The position numbers and the translations under genes are program-made. Shown one piece after another: positions 1-8,588 of a stretch of 21,547 nt of DNA. The notes beneath the pieces were generated by a model. That model saw nothing but the letters and a program-made list of their open reading frames with translations. It was not told the DNA's origin and did no database searches. Location: NCBI GenBank assembly GCA_048887225.1, contig JBHLJY010000030.1:1-21547 (forward strand), written 5' to 3'. Numbering within the stretch: the first letter of the stretch is position 1; the number at the start of each line of letters is the position of its first letter. Source of the stretch: Candidatus Hodarchaeota archaeon (GTDB lineage: Archaea > Asgardarchaeota > Lokiarchaeia > Sigyniarchaeales > SOKP01).

Positions 1-1404
1 CCATATCTCTTTAATTTTGTAAATATTAGAGATCAAGATACATGGGTTCATATGAAATTTCCACAAGAAGCTTTCGAAAAGGCAAAGGATTTAGTACGAA
101 TGGGAGTAGCTAAATCAGCAAAACTCGAACCTCTTGAAAAAATCGTAGTTGATATGAATCCGACAGCGTTAGTTGTAGGCGGTGGTGTTTCAGGTATGAC
201 CGCTGCTGTTAGTTTAAGCAATCAAGGATTTAAAACGTATTTAATTGAAAAAGAAAATCAATTAGGGGGAAAATTAAGAACGCTCTATAAATTATTTCCC
301 ACCGATCAGGAAGCATCAATTATATTAAATAATCTTAAGGAAAAGGTTGAAAATAGTCAGAAATTAACCGTATATACTTCGGCAAGAATAAAAAACATTG
401 AAGGATTTGTTGGGAATTATGAAGTAGAAATAGAACAGAATGGCAAAATTATTAATTTAACCATAGGTACTATTATAGTTGCTGTTGGGGCCTCTCTATA
501 TACACCTACTAAATACTATGGATACGATGGAAAAATAAGGATTACTCAGCATGAGTTAGAAGAAAAATTGAAAAATGGCGATTTTAACTCCAAAGATGTG
601 GTAATGATACAGTGTGTAGGTGCTCGAGATGAGAAACGAGTTTATTGTTCAAATGTGTGTTGTATGACAGCTTTAAAAAACGCACTGATTATTAAAGAAA
701 AAAATCCAGAATCGCATATTACAATATTATTTAGAGATTTGTACACTCCTGGAACCCTATATGAAGATTATTATAGAAGAGCTAGGGAGGCAGGAATTAT
801 ATTTATTGAACATACACTTGAAAGATTACCGATTGTAGAAGAAGATATGGTTAAAGTTTTTAACGAATATATAGGAGAAGAAGTTGTAATCCCTTATGAT
901 TTACTCGTTTTATCAACTCCTTTAGTAGCAAACAAGGATAATAAGGATCTTGCCCAAATGTTGAAAGTTCCTTTAGAAGAAAATAAATTCTTTTTAGAGG
1001 CTCATGTAAAATTAAGACCGATGGATTTTGCTACAGATGGAGTTTATATCTGTGGTTCTGCAAAATGGCCAGTAGATATTACTGAAGCTATTACTCAAGG
1101 CTATGCAGCAGCTTCAAGGGCAAGCACTATCTTATCTCATAACACATTAGAAGTTGAGGGTGCGACATCTTTTATGCCTGAATGGAATAAAAGTTTATGT
1201 AAAGGATGTGAAGTATGCATAACAGTCTGTCCATATAAGGCAATTAATAAAGATGAAAATGATGAAATTGTTATAACACAAGTACTTTGTAAAGGTTGTG
1301 GTGTGTGTGGAGCAACTTGCGTAACGAATGCGATTGTAATAAGACATTTTACAGATGAACAAATTCTAGCAGAAATATCTGCTTTTGCGCATGGAGGCGA
1401 ATAA
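1..1404 (+). CDS. hdrA: Heterodisulfide reductase subunit A-like flavoprotein, C-terminal part (5'-truncated by the window edge)
   Basis: Frame is open from base 1 (PYLFNFVNIRDQDTWVHM..., matching the HdrA NIRxQCSWVH motif), so ATG 52 is internal. Rossmann motif VVGGGVSG, QCVGAR...CSNVCC cluster motif, FFLEAHVKLRP, and C-terminal 2x[4Fe-4S] ferredoxin (CKGCEVCITVCP, CKGCGVCGATC). Confidence 0.93.
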   Translation, partial: PYLFNFVNIRDQDTWVHMKFPQEAFEKAKDLVRMGVAKSAKLEPLEKIVVDMNPTALVVGGGVSGMTAAVSLSNQGFKTYLIEKENQLGGKLRTLYKLFPTDQEASIILNNLKEKVENSQKLTVYTSARIKNIEGFVGNYEVEIEQNGKIINLTIGTIIVAVGASLYTPTKYYGYDGKIRITQHELEEKLKNGDFNSKDVVMIQCVGARDEKRVYCSNVCCMTALKNALIIKEKNPESHITILFRDLYTPGTLYEDYYRRAREAGIIFIEHTLERLPIVEEDMVKVFNEYIGEEVVIPYDLLVLSTPLVANKDNKDLAQMLKVPLEENKFFLEAHVKLRPMDFATDGVYICGSAKWPVDITEAITQGYAAASRASTILSHNTLEVEGATSFMPEWNKSLCKGCEVCITVCPYKAINKDENDEIVITQVLCKGCGVCGATCVTNAIVIRHFTDEQILAEISAFAHGGE

Positions 1405-1409
1405 AAACA

Positions 1410-2177
1410 ATGAGTTTCGAACCGAAAATTTTAGGCTTTTTATGTAATTGGTGCTCTTATGCTGGAGCTGACCTCGCAGGAGTGAGTAGAATTCAATATC
1501 CACATAATATAAGAGTAATTAGAGTTATGTGTAGCGGTCGGGTCGCTCCTAAATTTATCTTTAGGGCACTTCAAATGGGAGCCGATGGAGTTATTGTTAT
1601 GGGATGCCATCCCGGTGATTGTCATTATCTAGAAGGGAATTATGAAGCTGAGAGAAAATTTATTATGGTACTGAGATTTCTCGAATATCTCAAAAATAAT
1701 TTTGAATATAGAGTAAGATTAGAATGGGTCTCTGCATCTGAAGGAAGTCGATTCGCAGAGGTTATTCATGATTTCACAAACCAAGTTAGAGAACTTGGTC
1801 CATCTCCCTTAAGCGGAAACAACCCAGATGAAGTATTACGCAGCAAGCTAAAAGCAATGGAAATGGCAGCGAGTGGCGATCGACTCAGAACATTAGTAGG
1901 GAGACAAAGAAAAATTACAGAAGAAGAGAATGTATTCGGGGAACAAATAGACTCTCAAGAATTTATTGAAATGTTTGAGAAAGCTATTCAAGATGAATAT
2001 GAACGATATAGAATTTTACTTGCTTTAGAAGAAGACTCTAAATCGGTAAAAGATTTAGCAGCTGAATTAGAGATTGACTCTAGTATAGTATTGGAACATA
2101 TGTTAATTTTAAAAAATCGTATGCTAGTTGACTTTCAAGAAATTATTGAAAATACACCTATATTTATGAAATTATAG
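1410..2177 (+). CDS. mvhD: MvhD/FlxD-like [2Fe-2S] subunit with a ~125-aa C-terminal helical + winged-HTH extension
   Basis: MvhD motifs FLCNWCSYAGAD, RVMCSGRV, GCHPGDCHY, WVSASEG. The tail RILLALEEDSKSVKDLAAELEIDSSIVLEHMLILKNRMLV resembles an ArsR-like wHTH. SD GGAGG at 1393-1397. Confidence 0.9.
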   Translation: MSFEPKILGFLCNWCSYAGADLAGVSRIQYPHNIRVIRVMCSGRVAPKFIFRALQMGADGVIVMGCHPGDCHYLEGNYEAERKFIMVLRFLEYLKNNFEYRVRLEWVSASEGSRFAEVIHDFTNQVRELGPSPLSGNNPDEVLRSKLKAMEMAASGDRLRTLVGRQRKITEEENVFGEQIDSQEFIEMFEKAIQDEYERYRILLALEEDSKSVKDLAAELEIDSSIVLEHMLILKNRMLVDFQEIIENTPIFMKL

Positions 2178-2190
2178 AGGCTATGAAAAT

Positions 2191-5100
2191 ATGGATAAAA
2201 TAGGAGCAGTCATGGTGATAGGTGCTGGAATAGGGGGGTCCCAAGCGGCTTTAGATTTGGCAGATTCAGGCTATAAAGTATATTTGATAGAATCTACTAC
2301 TAGTATTGGTGGAGCCATGGCACAACTAGATAAAACCTTCCCAACTAATGACTGTGCTATGTGTATCGTAAGTCCAAAGTTAGTAGAAACGGGACGTCAC
2401 CAAAACATAGATTTAAGTATAAATTGTGAAATTCAAGAGGTTACAGGAGAGGCAGGTAATTTTTCAATTAAAATTTTGAAAAAATCATTATTTATTAATC
2501 CTGAGATTTGTACTGGGTGCGGAGTATGCGGTCGAGAATGTCCCGTAGAAGCAATAGATATATTTAACGAGGGCTTATCTAAATATGGTGCCACCTCCGT
2601 GAAATATCCACAAGCAGTACCTCTCGTATATGCTATTAATAAAGATTATTGTATTGGTTGTGGAGTATGTCACGGAGTTTGTAAAGCAAAAGCAGTGGAA
2701 TATAATCGAGAAGATGAGGTAATTGATCTTAATGTAGGAGCAATTATTTTAGCTCCTGGTTTTGATGAATTTATCCCAGAAGGAGCAAATCTCTATGGAT
2801 ATGATAAATATAAGAATGTAGTTACTAGTATTGAGTTTGAACGAATTTTAAGTGCCAGCGGTCCTTATGCGGGCAGAGTTTTACGTCCATCAGATGGCGA
2901 TGTACCAGAAAAAGTTGCTTTTATCCAATGCGTTGGTTCAAGGGATTATACTGGGAAGGGAAAGCCCTATTGTTCTTCAGTTTGTTGCATGTATACTGCA
3001 AAAGAGGCTGTTATTGCTCATGAACATATGCATCAAATACACCCTACAATTTTTAGTATGGATGTAAGAGCATATGGAAAGGATTTTGACAAATATATTA
3101 TAAGAGCACAAGAGGAATATGGTGTTAGATATATAAGAAGTCGTATTTCATCCATTACTGAAGTTCCTGAAACTAATAATTTGAGAATTAGGTATGAAAC
3201 TGAAGATGGTAAAGTTATTGAAGAAGATTTTCATATGGTAGTCCTTGCTGTCGGTTTAAATCCTCCTAATGATTCAAAATATCTTGCCGAAAAGTTTGGT
3301 ATAGAATTAAATGAGTATGATTTTGCCAAAACCGATATATATAATCCCGTGCAGACTTCAAGGCCCGGTATTTTTGTTTGTGGTGCCTTTTCTTCCCCTA
3401 AAGACATTCCTGACACTGTGACTCAAGCGAGCGCAGCCGCAGGTTGTGTTAATCAGCTTTTATATGAGAAGCGAGGTACTTTAATTACAGAAAAAACTCT
3501 GCCTCCAGAAATATTTGTAAACGGACAACCGCCTAGAATTGGTGTTTTTATCTGTCATTGTGGAATTAATATTGGTGGATTTGTAGATGTTCCTGAAGTT
3601 ACGAGATATGCTGCTACACTTCCAAATGTAGTTTTAGCCGATCGTAATTTATATACTTGTTCGGCAGATACTCAAACTATTATCAAAGAAAAAATAGAAG
3701 AATACCACCTTAATCGCGTTATTGTTGCATCGTGTACTCCAAGAACTCACGAACCATTGTTTCAAGAGACAATTAGAGAGGCTGGTTTAAATAGATATTT
3801 ATTTCAAATGGCAAATATTAGAGATCAATGTTCTTGGGTACATATGAACGAACCAGAACAAGCCACCGAAAAAGCTAAGGATCTTGTAAGGATGGCAGTA
3901 AATAAAGCCAGAAATATTGAGCCTATTGAAAGAATCAAACTACCAGTAACTCCAAAAGTCTTAATTGTTGGAGGGGGAATAAGTGGTATGACAGCAGCTC
4001 TAAATTTTGCTAATCAAGAGTTTGAAACCTTTTTAGTTGAAAAAGAAGCTGAATTAGGTGGATTTGCTAGGCATATTTATAATACCCTAGAAGGAGGGAA
4101 TGTTCAAGAATATTTATCAAATTTAATTGAAAATGTTATGAAAAATAAACTAATAAATGTTTATACTCAAGCAGAAATCGATAGTATTGATGGCTATATA
4201 GGAAATTTTAAATCTTCAGTTATTTATGGTCCAGATAGGACAAGAGCCGAATTTGAGCATGGAGTCGTGATTGTGGCGACTGGTGCGAAAGAATATCATC
4301 CAAAAGAATTTCTTTATGGCCAGAACGATAAAGTAATATTACAGTCTGAATTGGAAAAACTCTTAAATACCACAGATGATATTAAAGAGAAAAAGTCTAT
4401 GGTTATGATCCAATGTGTTGGTTCTAGAAACGATGAACATCCCTATTGTAGTAAGATGTGTTGTGCTGAAGCGATTAAAAACACGCTTTTAGTTAAAAAG
4501 AAGTATCCTGATTTAGAAATTATAGTCTTATTTAGAGATATTAGGACTTATGGATTTAAAGAGAAATATTATCGAATGGCTCGCGAGGCGGGAGTGATAT
4601 TTATTCAGTACGATGAGAATAATCCCCCAGAAATAGTTCCAGAAAATTCTCAATTAAGAGTAGAGGTTGTAACAGCTAAAAAGGACAGATTATATATTAA
4701 TACTGATATGCTTGTATTAAGCGCGGGTATATATTCAAACCGCGAAGAGAATGAAGAACTCGCTAAGATGTTGAAAGTTCCTATAAATGATGATAATTTC
4801 TTTTTAGAAGCCCACGTTAAATTGCGTCCAGTGGATTTTGCCACGGAAGGTGTGTTCGTTGCTGGCTTAGCACATTGTCCAAAGACAATTGAAGATTCTA
4901 TTTCACAAGCTAACGCTGCAGTTTCGAGAGCTTGTACAATTCTATCGAAAAATGAAATAGAAGCTGAAGGTAAAACAGCTCGAGTTAATATGGCAAGATG
5001 CATTGGATGTGGTATGTGTATTGAAAATTGTGCTTATAACGCTATTGAATTAGTGGAGGATAGGATGTTTGGTACAGTAGCCTCTATTAATCAAGCGTTA

Positions 5101-5205
5101 TGTAAGGGGTGTGGTGCATGCTCAGGAAATTGTCGATGTGCTGCTATTGATATTATGGGTTTTACTGGTGAACAAATATTTGCAATGATAACGGGGAGAT
5201 TATAA
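2191..5205 (+). CDS. hdrA: Large (1004 aa) HdrA-like protein made of two fused HdrA FAD modules
   Basis: Two Rossmann motifs (GAGIGG, GGGISG), LDKTFPTNDCAMC, inserted ferredoxin (CTGCGVCGRECP, CIGCGVCHGVC), two QCVGSR..CSxxCC motifs, an internal HdrA N-domain (RIGVFICHCG..C..CTPRTHE..NIRDQCSWVH) and a C-terminal ferredoxin. Confidence 0.95.
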   Translation: MDKIGAVMVIGAGIGGSQAALDLADSGYKVYLIESTTSIGGAMAQLDKTFPTNDCAMCIVSPKLVETGRHQNIDLSINCEIQEVTGEAGNFSIKILKKSLFINPEICTGCGVCGRECPVEAIDIFNEGLSKYGATSVKYPQAVPLVYAINKDYCIGCGVCHGVCKAKAVEYNREDEVIDLNVGAIILAPGFDEFIPEGANLYGYDKYKNVVTSIEFERILSASGPYAGRVLRPSDGDVPEKVAFIQCVGSRDYTGKGKPYCSSVCCMYTAKEAVIAHEHMHQIHPTIFSMDVRAYGKDFDKYIIRAQEEYGVRYIRSRISSITEVPETNNLRIRYETEDGKVIEEDFHMVVLAVGLNPPNDSKYLAEKFGIELNEYDFAKTDIYNPVQTSRPGIFVCGAFSSPKDIPDTVTQASAAAGCVNQLLYEKRGTLITEKTLPPEIFVNGQPPRIGVFICHCGINIGGFVDVPEVTRYAATLPNVVLADRNLYTCSADTQTIIKEKIEEYHLNRVIVASCTPRTHEPLFQETIREAGLNRYLFQMANIRDQCSWVHMNEPEQATEKAKDLVRMAVNKARNIEPIERIKLPVTPKVLIVGGGISGMTAALNFANQEFETFLVEKEAELGGFARHIYNTLEGGNVQEYLSNLIENVMKNKLINVYTQAEIDSIDGYIGNFKSSVIYGPDRTRAEFEHGVVIVATGAKEYHPKEFLYGQNDKVILQSELEKLLNTTDDIKEKKSMVMIQCVGSRNDEHPYCSKMCCAEAIKNTLLVKKKYPDLEIIVLFRDIRTYGFKEKYYRMAREAGVIFIQYDENNPPEIVPENSQLRVEVVTAKKDRLYINTDMLVLSAGIYSNREENEELAKMLKVPINDDNFFLEAHVKLRPVDFATEGVFVAGLAHCPKTIEDSISQANAAVSRACTILSKNEIEAEGKTARVNMARCIGCGMCIENCAYNAIELVEDRMFGTVASINQALCKGCGACSGNCRCAAIDIMGFTGEQIFAMITGRL

Positions 5206-5207
5206 AA

Positions 5208-5657
5208 ATGAACGAAACAGCTATAAAAAAAAAAGTAGATGAGGAATGGGAACCTAAAATAATTGCCTTTTTATGTAATTGGTGTTCTTATGCGGGAGCG
5301 GATTTAGCGGGAGTAAGTAGAATTCAATATCCCCCTACTATTAGAGTTGTAAGGGTTCCTTGCTCTGGAAGAGTAAATCCATATTTTATAATTAAAAGTT
5401 TAATCGATGGCTGGGATGGAGTTATAGTCTCTGGATGCCATCCTGGAGATTGCCATTATCTTTCTGGAAATTTAGTTGCAAGAAGACGATTTGCTATATT
5501 AAAAGAGCTTTTAGAGTTTTTTGGAATTGAACCTGGAAGAGTTAATTTCATGTGGGCATCTGCTGCTGAAGGTGAGCGTTTTGCCACTTTAATTAAAAAG
5601 GCTACAAAGATAGTAAAAGAAATAGGTCCAAATAATAAATTTGAGAAAAAACGGTGA
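5208..5657 (+). CDS. mvhD: MvhD/FlxD [2Fe-2S] subunit (canonical length)
   Basis: FLCNWCSYAGAD, RVPCSGRV, GCHPGDCHY, WASAAEG. Starts 2 nt after the hdrA stop. Confidence 0.95.
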   Translation: MNETAIKKKVDEEWEPKIIAFLCNWCSYAGADLAGVSRIQYPPTIRVVRVPCSGRVNPYFIIKSLIDGWDGVIVSGCHPGDCHYLSGNLVARRRFAILKELLEFFGIEPGRVNFMWASAAEGERFATLIKKATKIVKEIGPNNKFEKKR

Positions 5658-5664
5658 ATTATTT

Positions 5665-6675
5665 ATGGGATTAGATACAGAAAATGAAGATATTGAAAAT
5701 TCAATGAGAGAAATGGCAAAAAATTTGCTTAGAGATAAAAAAGTTGATGTAATTATTGGTTATACAAAAGGAACTGTTCCTTTAAGTTCTTCACCAATTA
5801 TGATTAAGAATGAAGAAGATATTGATAAATTAACTTGGAATAATTTATGTTATGTGAATTTAGCTAAATATTTAGTGCCTCGAATACCACAACTTAAAAA
5901 TGCTGAAGGAGGGAATTTAAAAGTAGGGATAATATCCAAAGGTTGTATTGGAAGAGCGTTAATTCATTTAGCTGTAGAGAAGCAAATTAATCTTGATGAT
6001 ATTAAAATAATAGGAATTCCTTGTAATGGTATTATTAATAGGAAAAAGATTGAAAAAGAAATTGGAGAAAAAGAGATTTTGGAAGTCTCGGTATCAAATA
6101 ATAATATAGTTGTAAAAGGAAGAGATTTTGAACAAAATTTTCCTTTCGATGAATACATGAATGAATTATGTAAAGAATGTAAAGTAAAATCCCCTCCTAG
6201 TGTGGACGATGCATGTATTGGTATATGTCAAGAGATTAAGTCTGTAGAAGACGATTTTGGTGATATTTCTGATTATGAAACAAAATCACCCGAAAAAAAA
6301 TGGGAGTATATCAAAGATCTTTTAATTAGTTGTATTAGATGTTATGCCTGTAGAGAAGCTTGTCCAATGTGTTATTGTAATTTATGTTTTGTTGATCAAA
6401 ACAAGCCAATCTGGTTTGGAAAAACAACAGATATATCGGATATAATTACATTTCACTTTGTTCGAGCTATGCATCTAGCAGGGAGATGTGTAGCTTGCGG
6501 AGCTTGCAGCAGTGTTTGTCCGATGGGAATCGATTTGAATTTTATTACAAGAAAACTAGAAAAAATAGTAAAGGAACGATTTGATTTTACCTCTGGTCTT
6601 GATACAGAAACTTTACCTCCTATGATGTCGTTTAATATGGAAGATGATGAAGAATTTATGTTGGAGGAAGATTAA
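5665..6675 (+). CDS. flxC: FlxC-like / FdhB-FrhB-related 4Fe-4S dicluster protein
   Basis: CIRCYACREACPMCYCNLC and HLAGRCVACGACSSVCP motifs; position between mvhD/flxD and flxB. ATG 5665 is preferred over TTG 5641 because GGTGA (5653-5657) precedes it. Confidence 0.82.
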   Translation: MGLDTENEDIENSMREMAKNLLRDKKVDVIIGYTKGTVPLSSSPIMIKNEEDIDKLTWNNLCYVNLAKYLVPRIPQLKNAEGGNLKVGIISKGCIGRALIHLAVEKQINLDDIKIIGIPCNGIINRKKIEKEIGEKEILEVSVSNNNIVVKGRDFEQNFPFDEYMNELCKECKVKSPPSVDDACIGICQEIKSVEDDFGDISDYETKSPEKKWEYIKDLLISCIRCYACREACPMCYCNLCFVDQNKPIWFGKTTDISDIITFHFVRAMHLAGRCVACGACSSVCPMGIDLNFITRKLEKIVKERFDFTSGLDTETLPPMMSFNMEDDEEFMLEED

Positions 6676-6691
6676 AGAGGTAGTTTGAAGA

Positions 6692-7750
6692 ATGGAACGA
6701 AAAATACTAAAGAAAGAACAAGTAGCGAAATTATATAGTGATGTAGAAGAAGAATATAATTTCTTTGCCCCTGTTAAAGAGAAAGGTAATATAGTATTTA
6801 AGAAGATATCGAATGCTGAAGAAATAGTATCAGATTATTTTAATTCTAAAGTTCCCCCAAAAGAAGTATTATTTCCCACAATGGAAGTACTTTTTGAATA
6901 TACTCTTGATGGAAAGGATGTTGAGATCAAGGATAGGACAGACTTAGACAAAAAAATTATTATTTTCGGTATAAGACCGTGCGATGCTCATAGTTTTGCA
7001 TTATTAGAGAACTTTTTTGCATTTGGAAAATTACAAGACGAGATTTTTTTGAAAAAGAGGGAAAATACCACACTTATAGGTATTGGGTGTAATACTCCTA
7101 GAAGTACTTGTTTTTGCACTTCGATTGAAGGACATCCTTTTCAAAAAGATGTTCTGGATGTTATATTAATAGATTTGGAAGATAAATATTTAGTTGAGCC
7201 TAATAGTGAAAAAGGAAAAAATTTAATTCATAAATTATCATGGCTCTCTGAAGCTACGGAAGCTGACGTAAAAAAGGCACAAGAATTAGAAAAGCAAGCA
7301 GAAGAATTATTTGTAACAAAATTAGATTTGACTAACGTTCCTCAACTTTTAGATCCTAATTTTGAACACCCAATATGGGCAGAAATAAGTGATATTTGTA
7401 TGGGTTGCGGCACATGCTCGTTTTTATGTCCGACTTGTACTTGTTTTGATGTTGTTGATGAAAACGACGAATATAATAACCGTGGCAGGCGAATAAGGAT
7501 TTGGGATACTTGCCAATTCTGCCTTTATACACTTGAAACAAGTGGTCATAATCCACGTACCAGTTGTATTGAAAGATGTAGAAACAGAATATTACATAAA
7601 TTTAGTTATTACCCTAAAAATTATAATCTAATAGGATGTGTTGGATGTGGTAGATGCGTTGAGCTTTGTCCTGTAAATAACGATCTTAGATCAATTATTA
7701 AGAAAGTAAATGAAATGAAAAAAAAGGAGGATGAGAAAGTAATTGCCTAA
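6692..7750 (+). CDS. flxB: FlxB / AsrA / sulfhydrogenase-beta-like 4Fe-4S protein
   Basis: GIRPCDA, CFC, CMGCGTCSFLCPTCTCFD, HKF..YP, GCVGCGRCVELCP; GAGGT SD upstream. Confidence 0.87.
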   Translation: MERKILKKEQVAKLYSDVEEEYNFFAPVKEKGNIVFKKISNAEEIVSDYFNSKVPPKEVLFPTMEVLFEYTLDGKDVEIKDRTDLDKKIIIFGIRPCDAHSFALLENFFAFGKLQDEIFLKKRENTTLIGIGCNTPRSTCFCTSIEGHPFQKDVLDVILIDLEDKYLVEPNSEKGKNLIHKLSWLSEATEADVKKAQELEKQAEELFVTKLDLTNVPQLLDPNFEHPIWAEISDICMGCGTCSFLCPTCTCFDVVDENDEYNNRGRRIRIWDTCQFCLYTLETSGHNPRTSCIERCRNRILHKFSYYPKNYNLIGCVGCGRCVELCPVNNDLRSIIKKVNEMKKKEDEKVIA

Positions 7751-8582
7751 TCCTTATATTCCAATACTTACAACAATAAAATCAATAATCACGGAAAATA
7801 AAGTTAATGATATTAAGACTATTGAATTAGAATTTAAACACGAGGAAGATTACAAAAAGTTTGACTATATCCCAGGACAATTTGCTGAAATAAGTTTAAT
7901 TGGAAAGGGTGAATGTCCTATAGGTATAGCCTCCTCTCCAACTGAAGAGGGTACGATTAAATTTACTATAAAAAAAATGGGTACTGTTACTTCAGGATTT
8001 CATAATAGTGAAGTAGGAGATACTGTTGGTATAAGAGGCCCGTGCGGTAATGGCTGGCCTGTAGAAGATATGAAAAGTAAAAATATTGTAGTAATCGGTG
8101 GGGGTTTTGCATTTTCAACCCTACGTTCGCTCGTTATATATTTGTTAGATGATAAATATAGAGCAGAATACGGAAATATAACGGTAATATATGGAAATCG
8201 AGATTCAGGAGAAGTTCTTTATCGAGACCTCTTAGAAGAATGGGATAAACGAGATGATATTAATGTAGTTTTAACTATTGATCGTGAAGAAGAAGGTTGG
8301 ACTCGAAAGGTAGGGTTTGTAGCTGCAATAGTTAAGGAGGTGGCTCCACCTCCAGATAATGCTATAGCAGTAGTTTGCGGTCCCCCTATTATGATAAGAA
8401 CAGCCGTAGCTGAACTTGTAAATATAGGGTGGAAGGATGAACAAATCTTAAATTCATTAGAAATGAGAATGAAATGTGGCATCGGAAAATGTGGAAGGTG
8501 TAATATTGGCAATAAATATGTTTGCGTGGATGGTCCTGTTTTCTCTTTAGCAGAGCTTAAAAAAATGCCTAACGAATATTAA
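7743..8582 (+). CDS. flxA: FlxA / AsrB / PyrK-like FAD- and NAD(P)-binding [2Fe-2S] subunit
   Basis: PGQF, IRGPCGNGWP, GGGFAF, VCGPPIM, EMRMKCGIGKCGRC...VCVDGPVF. TTG start overlaps the upstream gene by 8 nt, with GGAGG at 7726-7730. Confidence 0.9.
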   Translation: MPNPYIPILTTIKSIITENKVNDIKTIELEFKHEEDYKKFDYIPGQFAEISLIGKGECPIGIASSPTEEGTIKFTIKKMGTVTSGFHNSEVGDTVGIRGPCGNGWPVEDMKSKNIVVIGGGFAFSTLRSLVIYLLDDKYRAEYGNITVIYGNRDSGEVLYRDLLEEWDKRDDINVVLTIDREEEGWTRKVGFVAAIVKEVAPPPDNAIAVVCGPPIMIRTAVAELVNIGWKDEQILNSLEMRMKCGIGKCGRCNIGNKYVCVDGPVFSLAELKKMPNEY

Positions 8583-8588
8583 ATATAA

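Noticed and set aside
52-54. ATG 52 as start of the first hdrA
   Set aside because: The frame and HdrA homology continue to base 1; the gene is cut by the window edge.
1-5657. Selenocysteine recoding or SECIS in hdrA/mvhD, which are selenoproteins in some archaea
   Set aside because: All visible ligand positions are sense codons with no in-frame TGA. The TGA at 5655-5657 falls at the normal MvhD end and readthrough gives only a short tail. The missing 5' part of the first hdrA cannot be assessed.
5641-5664. TTG 5641 start for flxC
   Set aside because: It overlaps mvhD, whereas ATG 5665 has a well-placed GGTGA SD.
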